Shown piece by piece: positions 18,689-29,492 of a DNA stretch of 39,885 nucleotides (its first letter is position 1; each line of letters starts with the position of its first letter). The stretch lies in assembly GCA_039815375.1 (NCBI GenBank), contig JBCBZJ010000026.1, forward strand, positions 1-39,885, written 5' to 3'. The position numbers and the translations under genes were made by a program. This DNA is from Verrucomicrobiota bacterium (GTDB taxonomy: Bacteria; Verrucomicrobiota; Verrucomicrobiia; Opitutales; Coraliomargaritaceae). The notes beneath the pieces were generated by a model, which ran no database searches, had not been told where the DNA came from, and saw nothing but the letters and a program-made list of their open reading frames with translations.

Positions 18689-20042
18689 TCTAATTCGACC
18701 CGCGCCCGGTCAAGTCCTCGACGTAAGCGCACTCACCCGCCTGATCAAACGCCAACTGGAGGGTCCGTTTAGCCAGACCTGGGTGCAGGGAGAAATTTCG
18801 AACCTGCGTCGTCAAAGCTCGGGTCATGTCTATTTTTCACTAAAGGACTCCGGCAGCCAATTACCCTGTGTGCTCTTTGCACGTGATGCAGCCAGGCAGA
18901 GTTTTGAACTCGACGACGGGATGGAAGTCCTGCTCCTGGGCGATCTTTCAGTCTATGAACCGCATGGCCGCTATCAGCTCATTACCAAGATAGCCATTCG
19001 CAGTGGTGAAGGTCGGCTTCAACTCGAGTATGAAAGATTGAAGAGAAAGCTCGCGATGGAAGGGCTCTTTGATGCAGATCGCAAGGAGGCTCTCCCATCT
19101 CTTCCGCTAAGAATCGCGGTCATCACTTCTCCTACCGGCGCCGCCATTCGCGACTTTCTGCGCATCTTAAAGCGGCGGGAATATGGTGGTGAAGTCATAA
19201 TCTTTCCAGCGCGCGTCCAAGGCAATGGCGCGGCAGAAGAAGTAGCTGCCATGCTCGAACACGCTAATGCCAGTCCAGACTTTGATCTCGTTGTGCTAAC
19301 GCGCGGTGGCGGCAGCATCGAGGACCTCTGGGCCTTCAACGAAGAAACCCTGGCCCGATCCGTAGCAGAAAGTCGCTTGCCTGTGATCTCAGCGATTGGT
19401 CATGAAATAGATCATGTCTTGACCGACTTTGCTGCCGATAAGCGTGCCGAAACACCATCCGGTGCCGCCGAATTGATCTCCTCGCTCTATCTTGATGCGC
19501 GCCAAAGGCTCGATGGCGTATGGGACGATCTGCTCGCGCGAACGGAATCGGCAATCTGGGAGCGCAGCCAACTCATTGTTGGACTCGCTGCAAGACTACA
19601 GTTGATTGCCCCGTCTCGCCAAGTAGAGCACTTGGGTATGCGGATCGACGAAATGGAAAACCGCTTAACGAGAAACGTGGAACGTCGCCTGAACCGTTTT
19701 CAAAGCAAGCTTCATGGCCTTTCGGAAGGGCTTTCTCAGCATCATCCACAAATGCGAATTAAACTCGCGCATCAGAAACTTTTAAGTCTCGGCGGTCAGA
19801 TCGAACGCGCTGTGGCGCAGAGCCTCCAGACTTCGCATAGCAAAATCGAAAACTATTCGCGCAGGCTCGAAAGCAACAGCCTCAATGCGGCTCTCAAGCG
19901 TGGCTATAGCATCCTACAATCTACAGATGGGCGAATCTTGAGCGACAAGGAAAGCGTTGCTAGAGAAAGTAAGCTCAAAGCACGCTTAAGAGATGGAGAA
20001 ATAGAACTACGGACAGGCAACGGATCATTCAAATCTGAATGA
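18681..20042 (+). CDS. xseA: Exodeoxyribonuclease VII large subunit
   Basis: WVQGEISN, SGHVYFSLKD, TSPTGAAIRD, RGGGSIEDLWAFN, ISAIGHEID, RAETPS. Start ATG 18681. Confidence 0.97.
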   Translation: MDDLIRPAPGQVLDVSALTRLIKRQLEGPFSQTWVQGEISNLRRQSSGHVYFSLKDSGSQLPCVLFARDAARQSFELDDGMEVLLLGDLSVYEPHGRYQLITKIAIRSGEGRLQLEYERLKRKLAMEGLFDADRKEALPSLPLRIAVITSPTGAAIRDFLRILKRREYGGEVIIFPARVQGNGAAEEVAAMLEHANASPDFDLVVLTRGGGSIEDLWAFNEETLARSVAESRLPVISAIGHEIDHVLTDFAADKRAETPSGAAELISSLYLDARQRLDGVWDDLLARTESAIWERSQLIVGLAARLQLIAPSRQVEHLGMRIDEMENRLTRNVERRLNRFQSKLHGLSEGLSQHHPQMRIKLAHQKLLSLGGQIERAVAQSLQTSHSKIENYSRRLESNSLNAALKRGYSILQSTDGRILSDKESVARESKLKARLRDGEIELRTGNGSFKSE

Positions 20043-20399
20043 ATACGCTATAAAACGTATGGAAAAGCTAAACGGAATACCTAATTTCTCCGAATGATGT
20101 AACTTATCTCTCGAGTCTAAGGTGCATCTCCTCCCGTTTACGCGTAATCTGAAATCCATTCGATAGTAGACTAATCGAATCTGTCTCGTCTGAAAGTGAG
20201 CGTCCAAATTGGAAAGATCCGAAACCGCCTGGCTGCTGCTCAATCAGCAATGCTATCCCAGTCCTCGCCAACCAGTAAACAAGCTACACAGAATATGACG
20301 AACTCTGTGTCGAAAGCGTGCTTTAAAAAGTTTAACAAACCACATGTTGGAAATTTGATAACTTTTCCGGAACAAAGAACACTGGGCACTGTTCTTATT

Positions 20400-20490
20400 A
20401 TTCACTGATGATTTTTTCAGTGAATTAGTTAGGGTTAATAAGGTTAGTGATAGGCTCGTCTCCATATGGGGGCGGGCCTTAATCTTTTTA
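20400..20490 (+). ncRNA. Candidate small RNA (hairpin, G/U-rich single-stranded segment, terminator)
   Basis: ATTCACTGA/TCAGTGAAT hairpin (20400-20425), then TTAGGGTTAATAAGGTTAGTG, then a terminator-like stem that pairs fully only on the + strand. Lies in a 510-bp AT-rich gap with no convincing ORF. Confidence 0.45.
20452..20490 (+). terminator. Rho-independent terminator-like hairpin
   Basis: AGGCTCGTCTCC-ATAT-GGGGGCGGGCCT (12-bp stem, three G-U pairs) followed by TAATCTTTTT. Confidence 0.65.
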
Positions 20491-20554
20491 TTCGGCTCCG
20501 ACCGTAATAGAGTTTGCCACCTCAGGCCGGAGCAGCAATCTTTCGATCCAGCCT

Positions 20555-21445
20555 ATGAGTGAGGAATCGGATCAACCACCACCTAAGCTACAGCTATCGC
20601 GTAAACCGAAAGAACCGGAGCAGGGGAAAGTGCCTGAACCGAAGCCTGATTTACGCCTCAAGCGTCCTTCATCGGAACCGGATAAGACACCTGTCCCGAA
20701 AATTGAAAAGCCGCAGCCAGTAGAGGAACCGAAGACAGGGAAATCCGGTGATGCATATAATCCGAAAAACCCTTTCGGCGGGATCGTTCCAGCAGAAAGA
20801 GCTGAGCCGCGCGATCAGCCTCCACCCGAGCTACCTAGTCCTCCACCGATAGTGAATGACGGTTCGATTCAAAAGATCGAAGAAGCAATCGACAGCATCG
20901 GAGAATCAAAAAAAAGTAATAGTGCTCTTATAAGTGTCCTTGTGATTTTATTCTTACTGGCTTTGCTCGGCGGTGCCGGTTACGGAATGTATTATGTGCT
21001 TCAGCCGTTAAGCAGCAACACTGATGCGGAAGTAGGCAAAAGCGAGGAAAGCAGCACAAGTGACAAGTCCGGCAACCTCCTCAGCAACCCAATCGCCAAG
21101 GCAAAAGCTGCGATAGCAAGTATTCCAAGCAGTAGCGTCGAGGAGCCCATTCCTACTGAAGAGACTTACGAAGAAGTCGCAGCAAAACCGAAACCGGAAC
21201 CGGAACCCAGTGCTCCGCCATTAGAGGTAATTCAACGTGGAAACGATTCGGCATCAAAATTCTTGACCGACGTCCACGTCGGCGGCGTTCGTTCGGGCGA
21301 ACGCCCGAAAGTCATCCTGAATGGAGAAAGCTATGTCCCGGGCGATCTGGTCGACGAGCGTTTCGGCCTCCGTTTCATTGGCTTACGCGATGGTAAGCTT
21401 GCATTCAGGGACGAAACCGGAATCGTCTACGTCAAAAGCTTCTGA
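20555..21445 (+). CDS. Pro-rich single-pass membrane protein with a GspB/T2SSB-like C-terminal beta domain
   Basis: Pro/Glu/Lys-rich N-terminus, one TM segment, C-terminal VGGVRSGERPKVILNGESYVPGDLV. Confidence 0.6.
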   Translation: MSEESDQPPPKLQLSRKPKEPEQGKVPEPKPDLRLKRPSSEPDKTPVPKIEKPQPVEEPKTGKSGDAYNPKNPFGGIVPAERAEPRDQPPPELPSPPPIVNDGSIQKIEEAIDSIGESKKSNSALISVLVILFLLALLGGAGYGMYYVLQPLSSNTDAEVGKSEESSTSDKSGNLLSNPIAKAKAAIASIPSSSVEEPIPTEETYEEVAAKPKPEPEPSAPPLEVIQRGNDSASKFLTDVHVGGVRSGERPKVILNGESYVPGDLVDERFGLRFIGLRDGKLAFRDETGIVYVKSF

Positions 21446-21484
21446 TTGCACTCACACTCAAATTACTTTCAACTCACGAAAATT

Positions 21485-21892
21485 ATGAAAGCCACACTCA
21501 TTACTGTCCTTACTATTTTCCTTGTATTTCTCTCGGGCTGCGAGACTCCCGTTGCCATAGATCCACAAAGTGGTCAGCAACAAACCGCAAGATACCAAAG
21601 CGGCTACTTCTACGCTCCTCTGAATGCCGAGATTGGCGACGTCTTTCAAACAGCTATCCGCGAAATGGATGGAATGGGTTATTTAAGAACCGGTGAACTG
21701 CACAAAGAGAACCACATCACCATCTATGCGCGCAAAGTTGGTGACCAAAAAATCACGGTCCGCACTTACTACCCGAAGGATGCTGAAAAGCTCCCTGCAG
21801 GTGCCGTCTCCATGATTCGTATCCGTGTCGGCAACCTCGGCAACCTGCCAGAGTCGCAATTGATCTACGCCAGAATCCGCGACTCACTCTAA
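21485..21892 (+). CDS. Lipoprotein, DUF3568-like
   Basis: MKATLITVLTIFLVFLSGC lipobox and C-terminal SMIRIRVGNLGNLPESQLIYARIRDSL. Confidence 0.75.
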   Translation: MKATLITVLTIFLVFLSGCETPVAIDPQSGQQQTARYQSGYFYAPLNAEIGDVFQTAIREMDGMGYLRTGELHKENHITIYARKVGDQKITVRTYYPKDAEKLPAGAVSMIRIRVGNLGNLPESQLIYARIRDSL

Positions 21893-21913
21893 GGCAATCC
21901 ATCACTTCACCCG

Positions 21914-21954
21914 GAGACCGCCTTTCCATCGTGGAGCGGCGGTCTTTCTGTTTT
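21914..21954 (+). terminator. Rho-independent terminator
   Basis: GAGACCGCC...GGCGGTCTT stem followed by TCTGTTTT, just after the lipoprotein gene. Confidence 0.6.
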
Positions 21955-21982
21955 AACTGCAGAGATCCTATCCCACCAGAAA

Positions 21983-22963
21983 ATGAATTCCGCTTTTACC
22001 ATCATCGGTGTCGGTAACCCGATCGTCGACAGCATCGCAAAGATCGAAGAAGCCTTTCTCCAGAACGTTGAGGGCGACAAGGGCGGTATGGTGCTGACCG
22101 ATCCAGCAACCATAAGCGCACTGATCGAGCAGATTCCTCAAACACCACATTCCGCTCCTGGAGGTTCTGCTGGAAATACGATCTTTGCCTTGGCTAAAAT
22201 GGGCATACAGACCCGCTTTCTTGGGAAAACCGGCAATTGTGAACAAGGCGATTTCTACCGTAGTCGCTTTTCCGAGTTAGGAGGTGATACCAGCCGCTTC
22301 AAAATCGGAGAGATGGCCAACGGCCACTGCCTTTCCATGGTCACTCCCGACGGTGAGCGCACCATGCGCACCGACTTGGGCGCGGCCATGACGCTTACAC
22401 CTGATGAAATTTCACCTGCTGATTTCGCGGAGTGTAATCATGCTCACATCGAAGGCTACTTGCTCTTTAATCCCGATCTCATGCAACGTGTGCTCAAAAG
22501 CGCAAAAGAAGCAGGATGTAGTGTGAGTCTGGACCTGGCCTCATTCGAAGTAGTGAATGCTGCGAAGGATGTGCTACCTCATATCCTAGAGAACTACGTC
22601 GATCTGGTTTTCGCGAATGAAGAAGAAGGCCATGTATTTACAGGTCTCGGTAATAGTTACGCTGCGATGGCTCTGGAGCTGGCAAAGCACTGCGATGTTG
22701 CAGCTATCAAAGTCGGTGCACATGGCTCTTACGTGGCTCATGGCGACACCGTCGAAAAAGCGGAACCCATGCACGCGGCTCACATTGTGGATACGACCGC
22801 TGCCGGTGACCTCTGGGCAGCTGGCTTCCTCTATGGATGGTCTCATAAAAGAGCGCTGATCGACTGCGCGCGTATCGGCTCAATTCTAGGAGCTGCAGTT
22901 GTACAGGAACAGGGCAGCGAACTACCCGAACATGTCTGGAATGACATTCTCTCGACCATTTAA
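21983..22963 (+). CDS. PfkB-family carbohydrate kinase (adenosine kinase-like)
   Basis: [43 protein letters not shown]. Confidence 0.93.
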   Translation: MNSAFTIIGVGNPIVDSIAKIEEAFLQNVEGDKGGMVLTDPATISALIEQIPQTPHSAPGGSAGNTIFALAKMGIQTRFLGKTGNCEQGDFYRSRFSELGGDTSRFKIGEMANGHCLSMVTPDGERTMRTDLGAAMTLTPDEISPADFAECNHAHIEGYLLFNPDLMQRVLKSAKEAGCSVSLDLASFEVVNAAKDVLPHILENYVDLVFANEEEGHVFTGLGNSYAAMALELAKHCDVAAIKVGAHGSYVAHGDTVEKAEPMHAAHIVDTTAAGDLWAAGFLYGWSHKRALIDCARIGSILGAAVVQEQGSELPEHVWNDILSTI

Positions 22964-22975
22964 CCATTTCCCGAA

Positions 22976-24247
22976 ATGGAAACAGATCAGATAACAGAAC
23001 TCATTGAAGACATTGCAAAGCGCTCCCGGGCCGCTTCGTTGAATCTTGCGACTCTATCAACCGAGACCAAAAACGATTTTCTGCTCAAACTAGCAGATCG
23101 GCTTGTGGCATCTACCGATGTGATTCTTGAGGCTAATATGCTCGACCTTGAAGCTGCAAAAGCCCTTGAGCTCTCTCGCCCCATGACGGAGCGACTTACC
23201 TTTACGCCAGAGCGTATCGCTGCCATGGCAGAAGGAGTTCGCCAGGTCGCGGCTCTCCAAGATCCCGTCGGCTCAGAAATTGAAAGGCTCTCTCCTCCTG
23301 AAGGCTTCGACCTTCGTAAGGTCCGTGTGCCCATAGGGGTCATCGGAATCATCTATGAGTCACGCCCCAACGTCACCGTCGACTGCGCAGTGCTTTGCTT
23401 GAAATCAGGTAACGCCTCCATCCTTCGTGGCGGTAAAGAAGCCATTCATAGCAATATGAAGCTCGCAGAGCTCATTCGGGAAACACTTGCCGAGAGTGGC
23501 ATATCAGAGGATGCTATTCAACTTGTTCCTACTACGGATCGCTGGGCACTCAACGTCCTACTCAAGCAGGATGAAACTATCCAGTGCATTATTCCTAGAG
23601 GAGGTGAGAGCCTAATACGCTTCACCGTTGAGAATAGCCGTATACCCGTTATTAAGCATTACACAGGCGTTTGCTCCGTTTACATTGATGCTGCGGCAGA
23701 GCCAGAAATGGCAGAGTCCATTCTAATCAATGCGAAATGCCAGCGCCCCAGTGTATGTAATGCTGCAGAAAATTTGCTCATCCATCAGGATGCGGCCGGG
23801 CTACTACCCCATCTCGCAAAAGCACTACACGATGAAGGTGTTGAGCTACGTGTCGATGAAAAGGCCAAAGCTCTGCTCCTCGCTAGTGGACTACCACTCA
23901 CCGATGCAACGCCAGAGGACTTTGCAACTGAATACAACGACCTCATCATTTCGATCACTGTTGTGGCCGATACCGCCGAAGCGATTGGCTTCATCAATAC
24001 CAACGGTTCCGGGCATAGCGATGCAATCGTCACATCAGATGCTGAAGCGGCTGCACAATTCCTAAATGGCGTCGATGCCGCGACGGTCTATCACAATGCA
24101 TCGACACGCTTTACAGATGGATTTGAGTTTGGTTTAGGCGCAGAAATCGGAATCTCCACAGACCGGCTGCATGCACGCGGCCCGATGGGATTGATCGAAC
24201 TCTGCACTTACAAATACGTCATCCACGGTAAAGGCGAAATCAAATAG
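22976..24247 (+). CDS. proA: Gamma-glutamyl phosphate reductase
   Basis: [72 protein letters not shown]. Confidence 0.98.
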   Translation: METDQITELIEDIAKRSRAASLNLATLSTETKNDFLLKLADRLVASTDVILEANMLDLEAAKALELSRPMTERLTFTPERIAAMAEGVRQVAALQDPVGSEIERLSPPEGFDLRKVRVPIGVIGIIYESRPNVTVDCAVLCLKSGNASILRGGKEAIHSNMKLAELIRETLAESGISEDAIQLVPTTDRWALNVLLKQDETIQCIIPRGGESLIRFTVENSRIPVIKHYTGVCSVYIDAAAEPEMAESILINAKCQRPSVCNAAENLLIHQDAAGLLPHLAKALHDEGVELRVDEKAKALLLASGLPLTDATPEDFATEYNDLIISITVVADTAEAIGFINTNGSGHSDAIVTSDAEAAAQFLNGVDAATVYHNASTRFTDGFEFGLGAEIGISTDRLHARGPMGLIELCTYKYVIHGKGEIK

Positions 24248-24259
24248 CGCTTCGCCAAA

Positions 24260-25390
24260 TCAAGTCCGTCGAGGTGCAGTCTCGGCTTCTGCCATGGCCT
24301 TCTCTGTTTTCAGGCGAAGCTGGCCGCAGGCGGCGTTGATATCATGGCCTTTTTCGCGGCGAATCGTCACCGAGATACCGGCCTTTTTAAGCACATCAAC
24401 AAAGGCATCCTGACGACGAATCGAAGGTCGTTTCCATTCCAAACCTTCGACCGTATTGTAGGGAATGCAATTTACATGGGCGTGCAGGTCGCGGGCAATT
24501 TTTGCAAGCTCTCGAGCTTGCTCAATGGTATCATTGATCTCTTCAATAAGAATAAATTCCAGCGTCAACATTCGCCCATGACGTTTCTGGAACACCTTCG
24601 CTGCAGGCAGAAGTTTCTCCAGCGGATAGCGCCTGTTGACCGGCATGATTTGCTCGCGAACTTCATTCGTTGCACCGTGCAGCGAGATCGCCAACCGGAC
24701 AGCTACACCTTCTTCAGCCAGCTTTTCGATCTGTGGGGCCAGACCCGAAGTCGATACTGTGATGCGTCGTGCACCGAAATTTAGACCCCAATCTGCATTT
24801 AAAATACGGATGGTGCGAACCAGTGTATCGTAATTCGCCAACGGTTCGCCCATCCCCATGAAAACGATATTGTCGAAAGAGGCGATTTCGTCTCTGGCAC
24901 GCTCGGTATGGGCATCCTCTCGACGGCAGATGTGCATCAGCTGTGAGACGACCTCGGCAGCCATCAGATTACGTTTAAAACCAGCCAAACCGGACGCACA
25001 GAATTTGCAACCGTATGCGCAGCCCACCTGGATCGAAACGCAGACTGTCTTGCGCGAGTCTTCCAGGCCGACGCCCTTTTGCGGGGCACGGATAAGGACT
25101 GTCTCGATCAACGATCCGTCCTCCAGCTCCATCAGCAACTTCTGTGTGACGTCATCGGATCGCTTATCGATGACCGGGTGCGTCGGATAGAGAATAAACG
25201 ACTCATCGAGCCAGGTTCGAAAGTCCTTCGGCAGGTTGGTCATGGCAGCCCAATCCTCAACGCGCTTTTTGTAGACCCAGTCCATCACCTGCTTGGCACG
25301 GAATTTTGGAAACCCACCGGCCACGACCTCTTCGGTCAGACTGTCGAGCGTCTCACCAAAGAGACTCGGTTTTTGCGGATGGAATTTCAC
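24260..25390 (-). CDS. rlmN: Dual-specificity RNA methyltransferase RlmN (radical SAM)
   Basis: CAYGCKFC, FMGMGEPLAN, LAISLH, INAACGQL. Start probably GTG 25390. Confidence 0.96.
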   Translation of the reverse strand: MKFHPQKPSLFGETLDSLTEEVVAGGFPKFRAKQVMDWVYKKRVEDWAAMTNLPKDFRTWLDESFILYPTHPVIDKRSDDVTQKLLMELEDGSLIETVLIRAPQKGVGLEDSRKTVCVSIQVGCAYGCKFCASGLAGFKRNLMAAEVVSQLMHICRREDAHTERARDEIASFDNIVFMGMGEPLANYDTLVRTIRILNADWGLNFGARRITVSTSGLAPQIEKLAEEGVAVRLAISLHGATNEVREQIMPVNRRYPLEKLLPAAKVFQKRHGRMLTLEFILIEEINDTIEQARELAKIARDLHAHVNCIPYNTVEGLEWKRPSIRRQDAFVDVLKKAGISVTIRREKGHDINAACGQLRLKTEKAMAEAETAPRRT

Positions 25391-25806
25391 GAGCGCACAC
25401 TGTGCTAGCCCCGGCGGGCTGGACAAACACAAAAACACAGGGTCGCTGGGCCCTCAATATTGGATAGACCCGGAAAATTCCATGAACCAGATCAGCAGCA
25501 GCGGTTTATCGAAGTGGTAACGGAACTCGATTCCAGCAATTCGGGGTGCACTGGGCCTGCCGCGTGCTGCACTTTCAAAAAAGCTCGAAGTCGGTCCTAT
25601 CCTTCGAAGCTGGGAGGTCTACCTTTGACGGCGTCAATGCAGACAAGAGAGAAGCTAGGCCGAACAAGAACTTTAAATGAAGAAATAAGAGCGATACGTT
25701 TTGTCGGGAGAGAAATCGAGAACTTGTTCTCAATCATTCATGACTCGTTGGTTTTTCCTTTATCATAGTGCTTGTCAAAAACTAAAAGTGATCTTTTGTT
25801 CACTAT

Positions 25807-26526
25807 ATGGTTAGACCTATATATGAACCTCAACGAATAAGAGATATGCTTGCGAGCGAGCGGCCCCAAGAACGCCTCGAACGCTTGGGCGCAACCGCAC
25901 TGAGCGACCGAGAGCTTCTGGCTATGATTCTGCGAAGCGGCCCAAAAGGTGTCGATGTTTTGAGTATGTCAGGGCAGCTGCTGCAGGAGGCAGGTTCGCT
26001 GGGTACCCTTCTGCGCTGGTCTGCTGAAGATTTTACGCGCATCCGCGGCATCGGTAAGGTCAAAGCCCTGCAGCTTCTCGCAGTGATGGATCTAGCCAAG
26101 CGCATCCTTCACGAAGAGCCAGCTGACGACCCTGTCTTTTCCGGTGCCGAGCTTGTCGCCCGTTATTTCGAGCCGCTTGTCGCCGGCGAGAGTGTCGAAC
26201 ATTTCTGGGTGCTTTCTCTCGACCGCAAGAACCGACTCATCCGCCGCATTGAGGTAACTAAGGGCACAGCCACCAACAGCCTCGTTCACGCACGGGAGGT
26301 CTTTCGCGATGCGATCAAGCTAAGTGCAACCGCCATCATTGCAGTGCACAACCACCCGAGCGGCGACCCCGCCCCAAGCCGGGCCGACATGCAGGTTACC
26401 CGCGAGCTCAAAGAAGCCGCAAAGATCATCGGTATTGACCTGCTCGACCACGTCATCGTGGGCCAGAAATTCAAAGATCCTGCAGGTCTCGGCTTCTACA
26501 GCTTTGACGATGCAGGCCTAATTTAG
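25807..26526 (+). CDS. radC: RadC (JAB domain) protein
   Basis: ERPQERL..LSDRELLAMILRSG, HhH GIGKVKA, VHAREVF, HNHPSGDPAPS.AD, LLDHVIVG. Confidence 0.95.
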   Translation: MVRPIYEPQRIRDMLASERPQERLERLGATALSDRELLAMILRSGPKGVDVLSMSGQLLQEAGSLGTLLRWSAEDFTRIRGIGKVKALQLLAVMDLAKRILHEEPADDPVFSGAELVARYFEPLVAGESVEHFWVLSLDRKNRLIRRIEVTKGTATNSLVHAREVFRDAIKLSATAIIAVHNHPSGDPAPSRADMQVTRELKEAAKIIGIDLLDHVIVGQKFKDPAGLGFYSFDDAGLI

Positions 26527-26569
26527 TTTTGTTGCTTTTTTAAATTTCCTCCAGCCTCCTATTCTCAAA

Positions 26570-29479
26570 ATGCGCAAAAGCACAGTCATCCTTTCATTCA
26601 TTGCAACGGTCGGCCTATTCTCAGCAACCCTTCCAAAGGCCGCTTCCATTCTCGAAATGCTCAATCAGGACTCGGTCGAGCCCGAAACACCCTACTTCGT
26701 TCTTTCGGACTATCTTGAAGCGATTACCGATGCAACGACTGCGGAGGAACGTATCGTTGCCTGGGTCAACGCTTACCATGGCTGGACCGATATCTATGCC
26801 CAAAGCACGGATTGGCAGGAGCAGGAAAAGATGCAGTCTGTTCTGGTTGAACTCGGAAGCTATTTTCCGGCACAGACGGATTGGTCAATCCTGAAAGACG
26901 AACTGCGAAACTTCGACCTTTCCGGGGAAAACGACGCATTGAACGTTCTAATTTTTCTCGTTGCCCTTCTGGAAAATGACGAAACTGCAGCGCTTGAAAT
27001 TCTTAAGAGCGAACTCTCTGCTTCTGCCTTGAACTCATCAAACGGGGATGGGGGCGGCTTCTTCAGCGCGCTACTCTCGGTCACAACAGGCAGCTTCGAC
27101 ATGCAGCAGGAACCCCCGATGGTGCAAATTGCAATCGCTCAGGATGGCATGCCCGAACTTCAGAAGGTCGCTTACGAGATCGCGATATCCGATGCAGTCA
27201 AGAACGGGTATTACTACGGCAACATCCCCGATCTGACTCAGCTCTACGCAGACGAGGAACTCGATTCACGGCTCGAAGAGTTCCTTAAAGTGATTGGCGA
27301 TCATTTCAGACCATACAGCCTACCGGATCCCGTCATTCCGGCGATCTATGCTTATTACCGTGCCAACGACCTCGTCCCGCACGAAGACTTTCTAGACCTG
27401 TTGAAACCGACGAGCCCGACTTACCAGGATGACGTCAACTACTTCGAAAAGAAACACGGTGAGCGAACGCAGGACGAAAAATTTTTCCGTGCGAGCATCA
27501 CCCGAAAGCTGAAAGCCGGGGACATGGAGGGTGCATGGATGGAATGGGAAGCATTTGCGAAGATGAACGCCAGAGATGCTCGCGCGATGCTGCAATCGAT
27601 CTTTGGTTACCAGAGCCGTAACTTTCCATTCGAAACCTTGAAGCAATTCGCGCTGCGCGTCCTCGAACTGAGCGAAAATCCGGAGCTCATCGATATCCTG
27701 CAAAGCGGCCTTCCGCTCGAGACGAACGAGAAAGACGCTTTGCTCTCCAGAGTCCGTAGACTGAAAGCGGCAACAGATAATCCGAAACTCAAGGCAGCCT
27801 ATGCCAAGGTCGAACTGGACCGATTGCTCGCTATCGGTCTCAAGGAACCAGCTATCGTCGCAGCCGAAAACTTCCTTGCATCACCGGGTCAAGTCGTAGC
27901 GCAACTCGTGGCCGACGGAAATATCGAAGAACTGATTCGCTATGCGAATGCCTTCCAGATACTCGGTGAAACTGAACTAGAAACACGCTTCATCCAGCTG
28001 TCCAGAAAGTCGGCAGTAGGCTTGGACGCATACCTGCGGAGTTCCTTGGCCGAAAGCCTTGCAAACTACTACATCGACAAAAAGGACTATGCGGCTGCCT
28101 TCGAAACACTTCAGGGCTTGCTTGAAGGTGTCAGCCGAAAATCCATTATTGAAGGTGACGCGGATGTTTCCCAGACGCTTGCCTTGATGCTTGAGCTATA
28201 CACTCGGACCGGCCAGCACAACGATGCCATCCTTTTGCTGGACGAGGCAATCGGATGGCAGGCCAAGGACCTACTTCATCTTCGCTACTACAACGAAAAC
28301 CAGAATTTCAAGGTCAGTGTGGCAGAAGCATTTCATGCCCTTGGTCATAGTGATCTGGCACTCGATATCTTGAAGGATCACTTGCGCTATGTAGACAATG
28401 CGGACGATCTCGCCTACCAGTTGTTACTTGAGATCAAGGGGCCTGCCGCGATGGACTTCTTAAAGGAACTGGCAAGCGAGGCTCCTTTTGAAGAACGGCC
28501 TCTCATCTGGCAGTCAGTTCTGCTTAAGGAAGCGAATGATCTTCAAGCGGCAGAGGCAATGGCTCGAAAGGCTATATCGATCGACCCGACCGACGGTGAG
28601 ATGAGTTCGATCAACAGACTTCGAGCCTACGCGGTCCTTGGTGATATTCTAAAGGCCCGGGACGACGAAGAAGCAATTATCTTCGAACGTATTGTCGCGG
28701 CGGTCAACCTCAGCGAAGTGGCTGACGAGTATCGCGTTGCCGGCCTATTTTCTCACGCATTAAAACTTTACCAGGAATCGATGGCCCTGTTTGCCGATGC
28801 TTATTGCGTTCGCTTCCGTGCCGCGGTTGAGCTTGAGGCGGCAGGTCAACATGACCAGGCCGAGGAGCATTTTGAAGCGGCCTACACCCTGATGCCCGAC
28901 CAGTTTGGCCGGATCGAAAGCCATTGCTTCGGTTGCGAGGGGGCTTTCCAGGGCGAGCGCGCACAGAGCATCGCTGAAAGAGTTTTCGCCAGGATGCTCC
29001 AGGAACGGCCCGAGCAAGCGAGCCTACACTACCTGATGGGCTATCTGAACAGTAGCCGCGAGCAAAACGAACAAGCGCTTGAGAACTTTCAACGAGCGGT
29101 ACAAATCGACCCGCTTTACTATAACGCATGGTCCAAGATCCACCGTCTTGCGGAAAACAGCGGACAGATCGAGCTCAGCCTTGAGGCCGCCACAGCAATG
29201 CTTGAAATCGCGCCCCGACGAAGCATTGGCCTGCTCCAAAACGGTTCTGTGCAGCAACTCGGAGAACTTTGGGAAACAGGTGAGCAACTTCTTCCGATCA
29301 TGCCGAAACGCGCGGAATCGCTATATCCTCTCAAAGCCTCGGCCGAACTGAATGAGGCCGGAAACCACTTTCGTTACTACGGTTGGGCAGAATTCGATAT
29401 GCAGAGCATGGGAAGCCTCTTGTTCAGCAACGACGACGTTTTTCAATACCTCATAAAAGCGTTGAACAACAACTATTGA
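26570..29479 (+). CDS. Large secreted TPR/alpha-solenoid protein
   Basis: 969 aa with a signal peptide, TPR units (AMARKAISIDP, ALENFQRAVQIDPLYYNAW) and a YC...ESHCFGCEG motif. Confidence 0.8.
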   Translation: MRKSTVILSFIATVGLFSATLPKAASILEMLNQDSVEPETPYFVLSDYLEAITDATTAEERIVAWVNAYHGWTDIYAQSTDWQEQEKMQSVLVELGSYFPAQTDWSILKDELRNFDLSGENDALNVLIFLVALLENDETAALEILKSELSASALNSSNGDGGGFFSALLSVTTGSFDMQQEPPMVQIAIAQDGMPELQKVAYEIAISDAVKNGYYYGNIPDLTQLYADEELDSRLEEFLKVIGDHFRPYSLPDPVIPAIYAYYRANDLVPHEDFLDLLKPTSPTYQDDVNYFEKKHGERTQDEKFFRASITRKLKAGDMEGAWMEWEAFAKMNARDARAMLQSIFGYQSRNFPFETLKQFALRVLELSENPELIDILQSGLPLETNEKDALLSRVRRLKAATDNPKLKAAYAKVELDRLLAIGLKEPAIVAAENFLASPGQVVAQLVADGNIEELIRYANAFQILGETELETRFIQLSRKSAVGLDAYLRSSLAESLANYYIDKKDYAAAFETLQGLLEGVSRKSIIEGDADVSQTLALMLELYTRTGQHNDAILLLDEAIGWQAKDLLHLRYYNENQNFKVSVAEAFHALGHSDLALDILKDHLRYVDNADDLAYQLLLEIKGPAAMDFLKELASEAPFEERPLIWQSVLLKEANDLQAAEAMARKAISIDPTDGEMSSINRLRAYAVLGDILKARDDEEAIIFERIVAAVNLSEVADEYRVAGLFSHALKLYQESMALFADAYCVRFRAAVELEAAGQHDQAEEHFEAAYTLMPDQFGRIESHCFGCEGAFQGERAQSIAERVFARMLQERPEQASLHYLMGYLNSSREQNEQALENFQRAVQIDPLYYNAWSKIHRLAENSGQIELSLEAATAMLEIAPRRSIGLLQNGSVQQLGELWETGEQLLPIMPKRAESLYPLKASAELNEAGNHFRYYGWAEFDMQSMGSLLFSNDDVFQYLIKALNNNY

Positions 29480-29492
29480 TCAAGAGAACCAT

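Noticed and set aside
20025..20465. Three ~70-aa ORFs in the gap downstream of xseA
   Set aside because: Mutually overlapping, atypical composition, no motifs; the RNA-structure explanation fits better
18681..24247. xseA without xseB and proA without proB
   Set aside because: Split locations of these genes are common and not informative
25460..25768. 102-aa plus-strand ORF before radC
   Set aside because: TTG start, no motif, unconvincing composition
25807..26526. radC as a mobile-element or anti-defence marker
   Set aside because: Full-length form with the N-terminal HhH region in a housekeeping context, i.e. the ordinary chromosomal type
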